DNA of 64,000 bases from Vitrella brassicaformis CCMP3155 (Eukaryota; Protista; Chromerida). The position numbers and the translations under genes were made by a program. The notes under the pieces are model-generated. The model saw only the letters and a list, made by a program, of their open reading frames with translations, searched no databases and had not been told where the DNA came from. Below, piece after piece: positions 13,111 through 23,934 of this stretch. The DNA lies in assembly GCA_001179505.1 (NCBI GenBank), contig CDMY01000487.1, positions 3,514-67,513 on the forward strand, written 5' to 3'. Positions within the stretch are counted from its first letter, which is position 1. Each line of letters begins with the position of its first letter.

Positions 13111-15601
13111 TCACATCGTCACCCTGCCTGTGCCCTGCCCCATCCGCCTCACATCCACAACCGCACGGCCAGCCTGATGTGGTGGCTGGGGGTGTGGGTG
13201 GGTCTGGCCGCTGCTCACGGCGGCCGGCGCGTCTGCTGCACCAGGGGAGCCATTGATGAGCCCATGGTGGTCTTGTGCAGTGCCGCTGCCATAGTGCTGC
13301 AGCTGCAGCTGGCCACAGGCGCCCTGGATGTCCAGACCCCTGGGCTCCCTCACTGTACACGTGAACTTGTAGCTATGCGCCGCCTGCACCACACACATCA
13401 CACACATCGATTGCGTCTGTCTGGTGCACCTGTCAGTGTGTGCGTGGCGCGGGCATGGCTGCGTACGTCTCTGAAGGCCTGGATTCTGTCGCGTGAAGGT
13501 GTCCGGAGTGCCTCGTCGCTGCCGGTCCAAGGGCTGAAGGGCAGCAGGTTGAGCCTGACTCGGTCCTTGCCGGGTATCCTGGTGAGTGGGTCGATCAGCG
13601 ACACGAACGAGTCGATCTGCTCGGGCAGGTCGGTGATGCCCACGATCAGCAGGAGCTCGATGAACAGGTTGCGCGAGTCGCGACGTTGCCTTATCACGCC
13701 CCTGCAAACAAGGAAATGCAGGATGATATGGCGTTCTTCTTGTCTGTTCGCCTCTTTGTCGTTCTGTCCTCTATACTCGAATGCGTCTCTGAGTTCCTCC
13801 AGTGAGTGCGTCATGGTTGGCACCAGCAGCCGACGGGCCTCTTGATCAGCCTGCACCCATCGATCCATCCATCCATCCATCCACAGTTCCATCAGAGAGA
13901 CGGTGGCTTGTTTCTTGTGTTGTGTTACTTACCGTGAGGAGTGCCCACGAGAGGACGGTGTTGAGGTTGGCCAGGCCGTGGATGGCCTCAGGCGACGGGC
14001 CCATCGTACTCACCGACAAACGGGACGGACCGAAGGCAAAGCCGCCCTGGTCGAGCAAGATCTGATGCACCGACACCCACAGTTTAAACAAGCGCCAGAA
14101 ATGCGTGTGTGTCTTTGGTTTTTGTCACCTCGCACGCTTTGCTGAGGTTGTGGATGTTCTCTGTGGGCTCGCCCATGCCGGCCACCACACACGTCTGCAC
14201 AGGAGGCAGCCCGTACCTGTCACACACACACACACCGTGCAGACAAACAGACTCTGTGTGTGTGTGTTTGTCTGAGTGTGGGTTGCTCACTCTCTGGCGA
14301 GTTTGATGGCCAGGTAGACCTGCCCCACAATCTCATCGACCTCCAGGTTCCGACGGAGCCCAAACGCACCGCTCGCACACGGACGACACGAATGGCTGCA
14401 GCCAACCTGCAGCCGACGAGAGGAGGAGAAACACAAACACCAGCATTCCCGGCATGTAGCCATTTCCCTCCCTCCCTCCCTCCCACTGACTGACTGACTG
14501 ACTGACCTGTGTGGATATGCACACGGACGTCTTCTTGACGTGTGGCAGCAGCATCGTCTCGATCCGCTCCCCGTCACCCAGCCGCACATCCATCTTGACC
14601 GCACCATCAGCGCTCCGCTGCAGCCCCGCCACATCCACAGGTGGCCGATCCACCACCGTCTGGAAGATGTGTGAAAATGCCCCCGAGAAGCCGTACCGGC
14701 CCTCCAGCTCCCGGGGCTCCATCATCCACGGGTCTGCCCCATCCCTCAGCACCTTCCACACCTTCTTGGCACGCCCCTCGCCATTGAGCTTGTAGCCCAG
14801 CTCGCCCGGCGTCATGGCCAAGAGGTCGGGCAAGCGCCGGTTGGACGGCATCTGGAAGGACGAGATGGACCGACGCCGCCCCCCTTGCTGATAGCCATAG
14901 CTGGTGCCGTAGGAACGTGACGGCGAGTGTGATGGAGCAGGGGGTAGATAGCGAGGCATAGAGGGTGCCGGGCGTCGGAGGACGGTGGAGCCATCGGTCC
15001 AGCCGAGCGGGGTGCTGGCCGGTTGCTGCCTGGGGGTAGGGGGAGGTGTACGTGGGGACTGCGTCGGTCGCTGCAACGACGGTAGTAGATGAGATGGGAC
15101 ATTGTTGCTGTTGACCTGCGGTCTCGCAGAAGGAACCGGCGAGCGATCCGCATGAGTGCGTCCGCTCTCGCTAGTGACAGCCGTGTGCTCATCGACCACT
15201 TGCGTCCTTCCCTCCGCTGCCTGATGCTCCATTGCCTCGACATCTCCCATCTGTTCTTGCCTCAGCCGCGCTCTCTCCCGCTGCCCTCTCAGCGTCTTCT
15301 GCGACCGAGGCCGCTCCACAGGCCGACGGCGGGGCAGCCGGTGGCCCACCTTCAGACGCAGACGCGGTGACTCAGACGAGGAGCCGCAGAAGGTCTCCAG
15401 CTCCTGGAAGTAGACCGACTCGAACGACAGTTGTGACTCATCGTCTGCCTTCTTCAGCCTGGCGCGAGCAGGTACGTGGCGGTAGGGACGGGCGAGGCGG
15501 CGTGATGGTCGCTGTAGGTGAGGAGGGAGGAAGGATGGGCAGATCTCGGCATGCATGAGGTGCCATAGAAGGCAAAACGTTGCGAAGCTGAAGAGCCACA
15601 T
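13111..15601 (-). CDS. rlmN: Radical SAM RNA methyltransferase of the RlmN/Cfr family with a predicted bipartite plastid leader
   Basis: Motifs VCISTQVGCSHSCRPCASG (CxxxCxxC), GMGEP, LSVST, NLLPF and RGLDIQGACGQL. The N-terminus MWLFSFATFCLLWHLMHAEICPS-FLPP... is a signal peptide followed by an R/S/P-rich transit region. Confidence 0.9.
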
Positions 15602-15726
15602 GACGCTGTAAGGGAGGCTGGTGGGACAGTCTCTATGGACTCTGCCTCTCTCCTGCATCATCCACACTTGCGAGCTTGGCTGCAAACCCCTCCACCCTAT
15701 CAAACCCTGCGCTGCTCGACATAAGC

Positions 15727-17463
15727 ATGAAGCGACTTAAGCGGCTGATTGTCGCGGCTGTGGCTGCCTCCGCCTCACTCGCGAGAGCAAGCGAAGATAC
15801 AGTGGCGTTCACACACCGGGTGCCAAGACGATGCGTCAGAGAGCGGCGTGCACATGCCCATCCACGTGATCTCGATGATGCAGCAGTGGAGGTCGCCAGC
15901 CAGCCCCATCTCGTGACGGCGACAGACCATCACGTTCCTTATCCGCTTTTCAATGTCACCGGAGCTCCGCTGCTCATCGACGAGGGCAGCCATCACGCGG
16001 ACCACGTCCTCGCCCCTCCCTCCCCCTCCCCCTCCCGCCCCTCCGCCGTGTCGTCCGCCCGCAGATTCAAGCAACGGCGAAAGACGGCCCTTCACGCCAT
16101 GATTGACCGCATCCGTTCGTATGGACTTGCTGGTATGCTGTCGTATGGTGTGCTCAACGCTCTCTACTACACTGTGGCTGTGGCGCTGGCCTGGTGCTGC
16201 CGCATGACGTGTCCCTCTATGGCTGCCCCGTCGCTTCGCTGCGCCACTCAGCGGTTCGTGAAGGTGTTTGTGTTGGTGTGGGCGGGCAGTCAGGTGACCA
16301 AGGGGCTGCGGGCCGCCATGGCCGTCATGATCGCGCCGTTCGTGGACAAGGTGCTCGCGGCCACGCAGAGGAGGCTGCGGCTCAAGACGAGGGAGAGGGC
16401 GTTTGCCGTGTGCTGCATCATGCTGCTTGGGGGCACCTTTGGGGTGTTCGGTGTGCTGGTGCTGTCCTCATGCATGCCAGCGGTTTTGCTGACCACACCG
16501 GCAGCAGCCTTCATGCCGCCTCCAACGATCATGCAGCAGCAGCCCCAATGGTCACTGGCCCTCCCTCTTGCGTCGATGCTCTCTTATCATCTGACAAGGG
16601 TCTTCAACAACGGTCCCAGTGGACTGGAATACGGCAGCGATGGGGATACCGATGAGCAGGGCGGCCCCTGGGGGTGGAAAAGCGAGGGCGATGTGCTCAA
16701 GAAGAGGGGCAAGACCATCAGAGGACCCTTCAGCCCCTCAGCTGCACCACCACCGGAGGACAGAGAGCCGATGCAGCTACTGGCTGATCTGGTCAACACC
16801 CACGATGACAGCTCTGCTATCATCACACAAGCCGAGGAAGGGACGGTAGAGGAACTCGAGGCTGAGGACGAGCAGCCGGTTGGCAAGAAGGCCCCACCCA
16901 CCCCACCCAAGTCGCCCGTGTCGGGGTGGAACATCCACCCCAAGTGGATGACAGGCCGCTGGCACATCCCCTCTGAATGCCTGTCGGTCGTCCCCCACTC
17001 CCTCTGGCTGCTCAGCCCCCCACAGCAGGCGGCTCTCATCACCGCTCTGGGGACGCTGCAGCACTCCCGCATTCAGCTGCTCCCGCGCGGCAACCTGACC
17101 GTCTCCCCGCCATCACCCTCTCTCCAGCCCCTCTCCTGGCGCTTCACGCCCGCCACACGCCGCCTTGTCGTGGAGCTCCAGATGAGTGACGACACGGGGT
17201 GGGTGCTGCGGTATAGCGGTCGGGTCAAGTGGGACAGGGGCGTGTTCATGCACTGTGACGGGAGCGGTGCCGTCCGCCTGAGGACTAAGGACGACAGCGA
17301 TGGTGACATGCCTGTTGTTGCGCAGGGGCCGTTTGAGTATCTGATGCCGCGGGGCGAGCGGAGGCGCGAGAACAAGGGGCGGGGGAGGGTGCTGGCTGAG
17401 TGGCGAGAGGGCGCTGACAAGATAGCGCCATTTAGACCTGCCCTGGTGCTGCCGACTATCTGA
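15727..17463 (+). CDS. Apparently intronless, plastid-targeted membrane protein: DUF1279/FAM210-like region plus an unassigned C-terminal domain
   Basis: Signal peptide MKRLKRLIVAAVAASASLARA. The stretch SYGLAGMLSYGVLNALYY...VWAGSQVTKGLRAAMAVMIAPFVD resembles a conserved plant/algal chloroplast protein family (recognised from memory). Confidence 0.7.
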   Translation: MKRLKRLIVAAVAASASLARASEDTVAFTHRVPRRCVRERRAHAHPRDLDDAAVEVASQPHLVTATDHHVPYPLFNVTGAPLLIDEGSHHADHVLAPPSPSPSRPSAVSSARRFKQRRKTALHAMIDRIRSYGLAGMLSYGVLNALYYTVAVALAWCCRMTCPSMAAPSLRCATQRFVKVFVLVWAGSQVTKGLRAAMAVMIAPFVDKVLAATQRRLRLKTRERAFAVCCIMLLGGTFGVFGVLVLSSCMPAVLLTTPAAAFMPPPTIMQQQPQWSLALPLASMLSYHLTRVFNNGPSGLEYGSDGDTDEQGGPWGWKSEGDVLKKRGKTIRGPFSPSAAPPPEDREPMQLLADLVNTHDDSSAIITQAEEGTVEELEAEDEQPVGKKAPPTPPKSPVSGWNIHPKWMTGRWHIPSECLSVVPHSLWLLSPPQQAALITALGTLQHSRIQLLPRGNLTVSPPSPSLQPLSWRFTPATRRLVVELQMSDDTGWVLRYSGRVKWDRGVFMHCDGSGAVRLRTKDDSDGDMPVVAQGPFEYLMPRGERRRENKGRGRVLAEWREGADKIAPFRPALVLPTI

Positions 17464-17842
17464 GAGGGATGACAGAATGAGTGTAGTCTGACGAATGAAG
17501 TAAATACATGGGAACCTGGCGACGGCCAGCAGGCAGGGGCCTTTTTGCATGTCATGTAGAGAAGCGTCAGTCATAAGTCAGTGAGCCACTCACTCATCGG
17601 GTTATCGACTGGCTGGTGACGATTCATTTGTTTGTGTGATGGGCGTGGCGGACAGAGGGACGGCTCGGTCATTTTTGCAGACGTACAGGAAGCATTCGTT
17701 CATTCCAAACAGTGCAGTGGTGTGTACAATGAATGCAGTCCAAGTTCGTTCGGACACCGAAAGAAAGAGCCCTTGGTTGACATGACAGATCGATATGCAC
17801 AAAGAATGTGGACGGACACTGAATGAATGCCGACTGTCTATC

Positions 17843-18609
17843 CTATCTTGCGTCGTGTGCGTGAGGGTAGAGCAGGCTGCGCCCCTGGTCCCTCTTGCCC
17901 TGCAGCTCCTGGAACTGCTTCTCCTGGTTCTGCAGCCAAACAGAACACACAGGCAGCCAGCCAGCCATGACGCACACATACATCCGAAAGGACGCCACGC
18001 CACGAGGGTGACACGGCGGTCGCTTACCTTGAGGTCGAGCTCTAGTGAGTTGATGTCATCGAGCACACCCCCACACGCCGTCTGGAGCGCCTTGATCGGC
18101 GTCGACGCATTCGTTGTCTGCACCTGCCATGCGTGTGTCAGTCACGGAAACGCCCAATGTGTGCCATGCTGTGATCCCTGTGATCCTCAGCCTCACCCTG
18201 ACAAGCATTTTTGGCTCGAGTGGGTGTGGCACTTGATAGGCACCAAACTTGACCTCAGGGTCCTCCAACAGCTTCCTACAACACACACATCGGACGACGG
18301 ACACCAGTGAGTGAGTGAATGATGCTCTCCCTGCTCACAGTGTGCCTGCAGACAGACAGACAGACACCGACACGTACGTACCATCTGAGCACGTTGCCGA
18401 GTGTGTGGTCCTCGAGGTAGATGGAGAAGGTGCCCAGGTTGTTCACCTTGGCCTCCTTAGCGTACTCTACCCTGCACCACGCGCACACACAACCACAATC
18501 ACATGTTGCACGTCGGTTGTGCGGCATACTTGCTCGAGACGCCGGGCGGCAGTTCCAGCAGCTCGGCTGCATCTGGACGGTTGATAGCGGCGTTGTTCTG
18601 GTTCGCCAT
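17843..18609 (-). CDS. RPB11: RNA polymerase II subunit RPB11
   Basis: Exons read FSIYLEDHTLGNVLR / KLLEDPEVKFGAYQVPHPLEPKMLVR / VQTT. This matches the RPB11 signature better than AC19. Confidence 0.93.
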
Positions 18610-18858
18610 CACGACAGACGAACGCCTCACGCCAGAAGGCTGCGACAGAGATCAACGGAGATCAGCTCTTTTGACCGCTGGACAACCTCATCCCGCTCGA
18701 TAGCTGCTTCTTGCTTCCTTCTTCTGCTTCGCAAAGGGCTCGCATACAGCTACACGGACAATCTTACCCTTAACCACCACCCGAGAGATCCCCGTCACCG
18801 CTTTCATCGCTCTCTCGGCCGCACTCACATCTCTATCAGATCGACAGGCGGCATCATC

Positions 18859-19473
18859 ATGACGACGGACGGCCGTTTCTACCTGCTTGTCTCGCCAGAC
18901 GGGCACATTGGCCCAGGACCTTGCGCCCAGAGGAGGTATCTACGGTCGTCGGACATCAGCAAGATCATCGCCTTCGACGACAACGACCAGTCGAAGCCCG
19001 ACAGACCCATCGGCGTGCTGCAGGGGGCATCTGTGTTCTTCGAGAAGTGCATCAAGCTGCTGGAGAGGTGCTTATCAACTGAGAGAGGGAGAGAGGACGG
19101 CCATGTGATGTGCAGATCTGGCGTTTGTCCTGGGTGTGTGTGTGTGTTCATCAGCGAGTTTCGTGACGACTCGGTCCTGGCCCCATCGGGGGTGCGGTAC
19201 AAGATCATTCAGCAAGGCAGCGGCGCCATGCCTACGGCCGAGCAGCAGGTCAAGTTCGACTACATCGAGTGGGGCGACGCCTGGGAGGGCGAGGTGTGTG
19301 CCGATGAGCCTGGCAGTACGTGCCGACCGGCAGAACTGCCCGGGTGGTTCGGGGAGGCGATCACGTCGATGCGAGTTGGAGAGGTGCGTCGATTGATGGT
19401 GCCGCCGGATGTCAGCCACGCCCCGGTCCCTCACACAAAGCTGGTGCAGCTCACGCTGCACGCCATCATGTGA
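18859..19473 (+). CDS. FKBP-fold protein with a degenerate active site and a short N-terminal extension
   Basis: PSGVRYKIIQQGSGAMPTAEQQVKFDY...LPGWFGEAITSMRVGEVRRLMVPP. One intron, ~19069-19154. Confidence 0.75.
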   Translation: MTTDGRFYLLVSPDGHIGPGPCAQRRYLRSSDISKIIAFDDNDQSKPDRPIGVLQGASVFFEKCIKLLERCLSTERGREDGHVMCRSGVCPGCVCVFISEFRDDSVLAPSGVRYKIIQQGSGAMPTAEQQVKFDYIEWGDAWEGEVCADEPGSTCRPAELPGWFGEAITSMRVGEVRRLMVPPDVSHAPVPHTKLVQLTLHAIM

Positions 19474-20809
19474 ACAGTCAACAACGGGACAGAGAGACAC
19501 ACACACAGAGAGAGAGAGAGAGAGAGTCACACACACACGTGTTACGAGCCTGCCTGGGGTTCGTCACGTCACATGTGATACGGCCGCAGTGGCTTGCCCA
19601 GCCCCCCGCCTCCCCGCCCGGCGGGGCAAGCCGCTGCGGCCTTACTATATGTGACGTGACTGACCCGACAGTCAGTCAGTCAGTCAGTGGATCAACCGAT
19701 AAAGGGAGGGAGGGAGGGAGGGAGAGAGGGAGTTGCGGGCTTATGGTGGCGCAGCTCGTGTGAATATAGTGGCTGTCACGTCGGTCGACGATTCGTTGCT
19801 CTTTTTCCGCCTGCCGAGCGCAGGCAGGCCTGGCTGAGTGACGTACGTGCTGTCATTCCTAGGCTGGCTGGCTGGGCTGCATTATTTTTCCTCCATCCAT
19901 TCCTCTATCTGAACGGTGAATGTCTCTCTTCCATGCGAGTGTCGGTTTGCTGCCGGGCGTCTTTCACTCTTGCCCCCATTCGGCTTCTGGTGATTTCCTT
20001 ACATGGTGCGAGACACCCATTCACCGCCTGAGACTTACTTGTGTGTTTCTGTTGTATTTTTCGCTATGGCCAATGCACTCAATGCACCGTGGGCTGATGA
20101 TATATGGTGTGTCTATACTTGTAGGTGTCTGGTCTGTCGCCTTGTGGTTGTATACAGTGTGGACGATGCGATGCCTGCCTGCTTGGTCTGCATGGCATGC
20201 ATACGGATGCATCAAGGGACAGACAGACAGACCGACCGACCGACCGATTGCCTCAACAAAAGCAGCCCGCTGGTGTCTGTCGTGTCTCTGCTTCGGTTCA
20301 AGTGTCCCATGCGATGCGTCATGTCACAGCAGGCAGATGACGTAACGGGCAATGCATGATTCACCAAATCGCTTTTATGCACCATTACGTAAGCAACCCC
20401 AATTAGACGAGATGAGACGAGACTCACACACACACACACACACATACACATATATATATATCATGTTGGTGGCCGTACGGTAGGTACAGGGGCTGGGCTG
20501 GGCTGGGTTACCCACCCACCCACAGGCATACGGCAGAATGCTGGGTGGCACAGCACACGGCTACTCCTACAGAACTTACTTGCGAGACCAGAAAACTGAC
20601 TGACTGACTGACAGACACCGATATGTAATGAATGCCATGCCCCACCCCACCCGACCCGATACATAGACACGCCACGCCCACACATGTCAGTCATGCACAC
20701 AGATATAAATATCATACGCACGTACACACACACAGAGAGAGATGAACCTACAAAGGACGCGTACACACGTAAAATCACGCACACGCCGTGTAAGCACGCC
20801 CTCACTCGC

Positions 20810-23787
20810 TCACAGCACCGTCATGGACTTCCACGACTGCCCGTGCAGGCCACTCACCCACACGCCTCGGCCCCCGTCATCAGCACGGTGCGAATGTGTC
20901 TCTCCATTGCTGCTGGTGCCGACCACCGATCTGCCCGGAAGAAGGTAGAGTGAGCCGATCTCGTGACGCCACGCCCGGCTGAGGTCGGGGTAGTCACCGA
21001 CACAGAAGATCTCCCCCGCGTCTTTGTCGTGTGCGAACGCGTAGACACACTTGTCGATGCCGAGCACTCGCGCCTCGTTCATTCGGTTGGCGAAGCGCAG
21101 AACAGCTTTGTCTTTGACCTCGTATCGGTCCACAAAGACGCCATTCCATGGCCTTCCTGTGGCGGGAGTGGACGCGTTGAGGGCCATGTGCATCATGTGA
21201 TCGTAGTCGTTGAGAAGCTGGGCCACGTAAGACACCCCCAGAAATGAGAACTGCCCGAAGTGAGCCACATTGAGAAACACGTCCTCTTCTGTCCGGCCGT
21301 CCAGCGCCGTGGCGACCTGGGCTCTCTGCCGATCCCGCCGCTCCTGCACAGTGGGCATGACGAACACACCACCACCGTCACCCTCCTCAGAATACGTCCA
21401 GATCTCCCCATGGTTGCTGAAGGGCAAGTCGTTCCGGCTCGCCAGCGTCTCGTCGAACCCCGAATCTTCCGTCCATATGACGACAGCATGGCGGCCACTG
21501 CCGAGGACTTCTCGCACAGTGGTAGACCTGTCGATGGCTGATGGGTAGATGATGTTTGCAAGGGGGCTGGCCATGAGGGCGGTCGCCACCAGGTCGGTGT
21601 CGCTGGCACGCTCCACGTTGGACAGACGGATGAGCAGCAGGTCGCAGGGATGGGCATCTAGCCATTCGGCGATTGACGCGAATGTGTGGGCGGCTGTGCG
21701 GGTGCTGCGGCCGCTCTCGTGGCATGAAACGGCCTCCGTCGTACCGAAACTGCACACATACACACGGACACAGAGAATCGATGCAGGTGTCACAAGGGGT
21801 GTGTGTGTGTGTGTGTGTGTACCTGCAGAAGTCCAGGTCGAGGGCGCGGATGCCATCGTCCAGCTGTGTGATAAGGGACCTGTTCTGGCTCTCGTGGAAG
21901 CTCTCACAGCCACAGGTAAAGGCCAGGCACTCACAGCCACTCAAATCATACGACTCGCTGTTGTGCGTGCCTGCAAAACACATATGTGTGTGTCTCCGCA
22001 CCCCTGATGTCTCCCCCTCTCTCTGTCCTGTAGTACTGACCTGGATAAGTCACGTCCAACACAGGGAGGTCGCACAAACCCCCCACACCGTTGCACGCGC
22101 GGCACTCCGACTCCTCTGCTATCGACATGGCACTGAGCGGCTCATCGAAGGCACCTGGCGCGTCGTCGCCTATCGGAGGGGCTTGCTCGGTCACTGAGAG
22201 AGAGAGAGAGAGACGGGGGGGGGGGAGAAAGAGAGAGAGAGAGTCAGTCCCGGTGATCGCCGGCAGGCCTGTGTCGCCACTGTGTGTACCTTTCCGCATG
22301 AATGCGATGGTGCCGTTGGCGGGAGCTATCATGCCGGGCTGCCAGTCATCTGGACTCCCTGCCATCGACAGGGCGCATTGGCCCTTGACGAAGCCGCCGT
22401 CCTCTTGGCCGATCTCGTCCTCGGCGGTGAAGTCCACACACCGACATGCCAGCTGCTCCACACACCTGCACAGCCACACGACAGATGCCACAATCATTAC
22501 CGCCGCCACTGACGTGACGTGACATTCACCTGCCCCTCTCACTCACTTCAAGGCACACGTGTGAAGGCTCATGGTGCCCACATGCTCCCGCGTAGCGCCT
22601 TTGACGACACACACGCCGGATCTCCCCTCCTCGTATGAGCCCTGTAGCCCTGCCTCCATGCGCACCAAGGGAGCAGGAGCGGGTCTCGCGGCCGCCATAA
22701 TGGTGGCCCTCTCCTCTCTCTCTGCCTGCTCCCTCTTCGCTGCCTCCGCCGTGCCAACTCGGATATAAGCCCTGTAGCCTCTCACAGACGGGCTCTTGAC
22801 GGCATTGCTGTTCTTGGCGCCCAGACGGCATGACGGCTCGCCCATGCTGCCATCCTTGTGGAAGTCGAAGCATTCGCAGCCCTCCTGGTCGATGCACGCC
22901 GAGGCGCACTCGGCGAGCGTCTCTGTGCTGTGCTTGTGGGCGTGGGAGGCGCAATAGGAAGACGTGATGGTCAGCTTCTTGAGCCAGCTGTTCTGCACTC
23001 GATAGGCGTCGAAGTACAGCAGAGGGGACACTCTGGCCGCAGACAAGCTGGTGCTGGCGGCAGTGGTGGTGGCCGGCGTGGCATTTGGACGCAGCACTGA
23101 CACAAGACAGACCAGCATCAAGTCACCACTGTGTGCCCTTCTCTCTCCCTCCCTCCCTCCTACCTCGTTTGTCGTCATCTGTTTCGAGAAACCCCTGGTC
23201 GGCAGAGTCCCGCACCATGGCCATCACGCCAACGAAGGCCCCGTCCCCATTGCCGCCAGATGACGCATCATTGCCATCAGCCGCAACCGAGAAGAAGTTG
23301 GTGGTCGCCCCGGCATCAGATGCTTTGCTGAGCCGGACGATTCTCTTCTCGCCGGGTGCGCCAAGCTGGCAGGTGGGCGGCTGCTCTGCCGCCACTGTCA
23401 GGTCGAAGCACAGACAGTCACTCAGAGATGCACACCTGCACCGACCAACACACACACACACAAACCACATAGCCCATAACCACACACGGCCAGATGTTCA
23501 AACGGGAGGCGGTGTGACGGTTTGCGTGTTGTGGTTGCTCACGCTTGAGCACAGCTCTCGACGGTGACATTGGCGATGTGCCGGTCATCTCCATCGCTGG
23601 CCCTGTGGCTGGCACACTCGACGCCGTCGAACATGTGGTTGTATTTCCTGACGGCGCTGTGGCTCGGCAGGCCAGACAGCGCAGCCACTGGCGAACTCCC
23701 AGGCTTGGTAGCAGAGGTGGCAGAGGCCAGGCAGCATCGCGACAGTGCCAGCGCGCACAGCAGCAGGGAGGGCAACAGAGATGCCAT
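20810..23787 (-). CDS. Secreted protein: PAN/Apple-like Cys modules + PI-PLC X-box phosphodiesterase + possible beta/gamma-crystallin-like tail
   Basis: Signal peptide MASLLPSLLLCALALSRCCLA. PAN-like TLAECASACIDQEGCECFDF...CRL. PLC-X motifs GTHNS, QLDDGIRALDLD, VSCHE and WLDAHPCDLLLIRL. Confidence 0.8.
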
Positions 23788-23934
23788 GGGAGTGTTGCTG
23801 AGCCGCCTCCTCTGGGGTCTTGGTTATTGCGGGGATCCCCCCTTTCTTCCGGAGACCTTTCTTTCTTCACTCTTCGAGCAGCGGTTTCACGCAGCACCCT
23901 ACGAGGCGAGCAAACAGTGACAACAACATCAGGA

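Noticed and set aside
19780-20360. Microsatellite-poor intergenic stretch with short ORFs
   Set aside because: No recognisable domain or RNA motif and no coherent exon chain.
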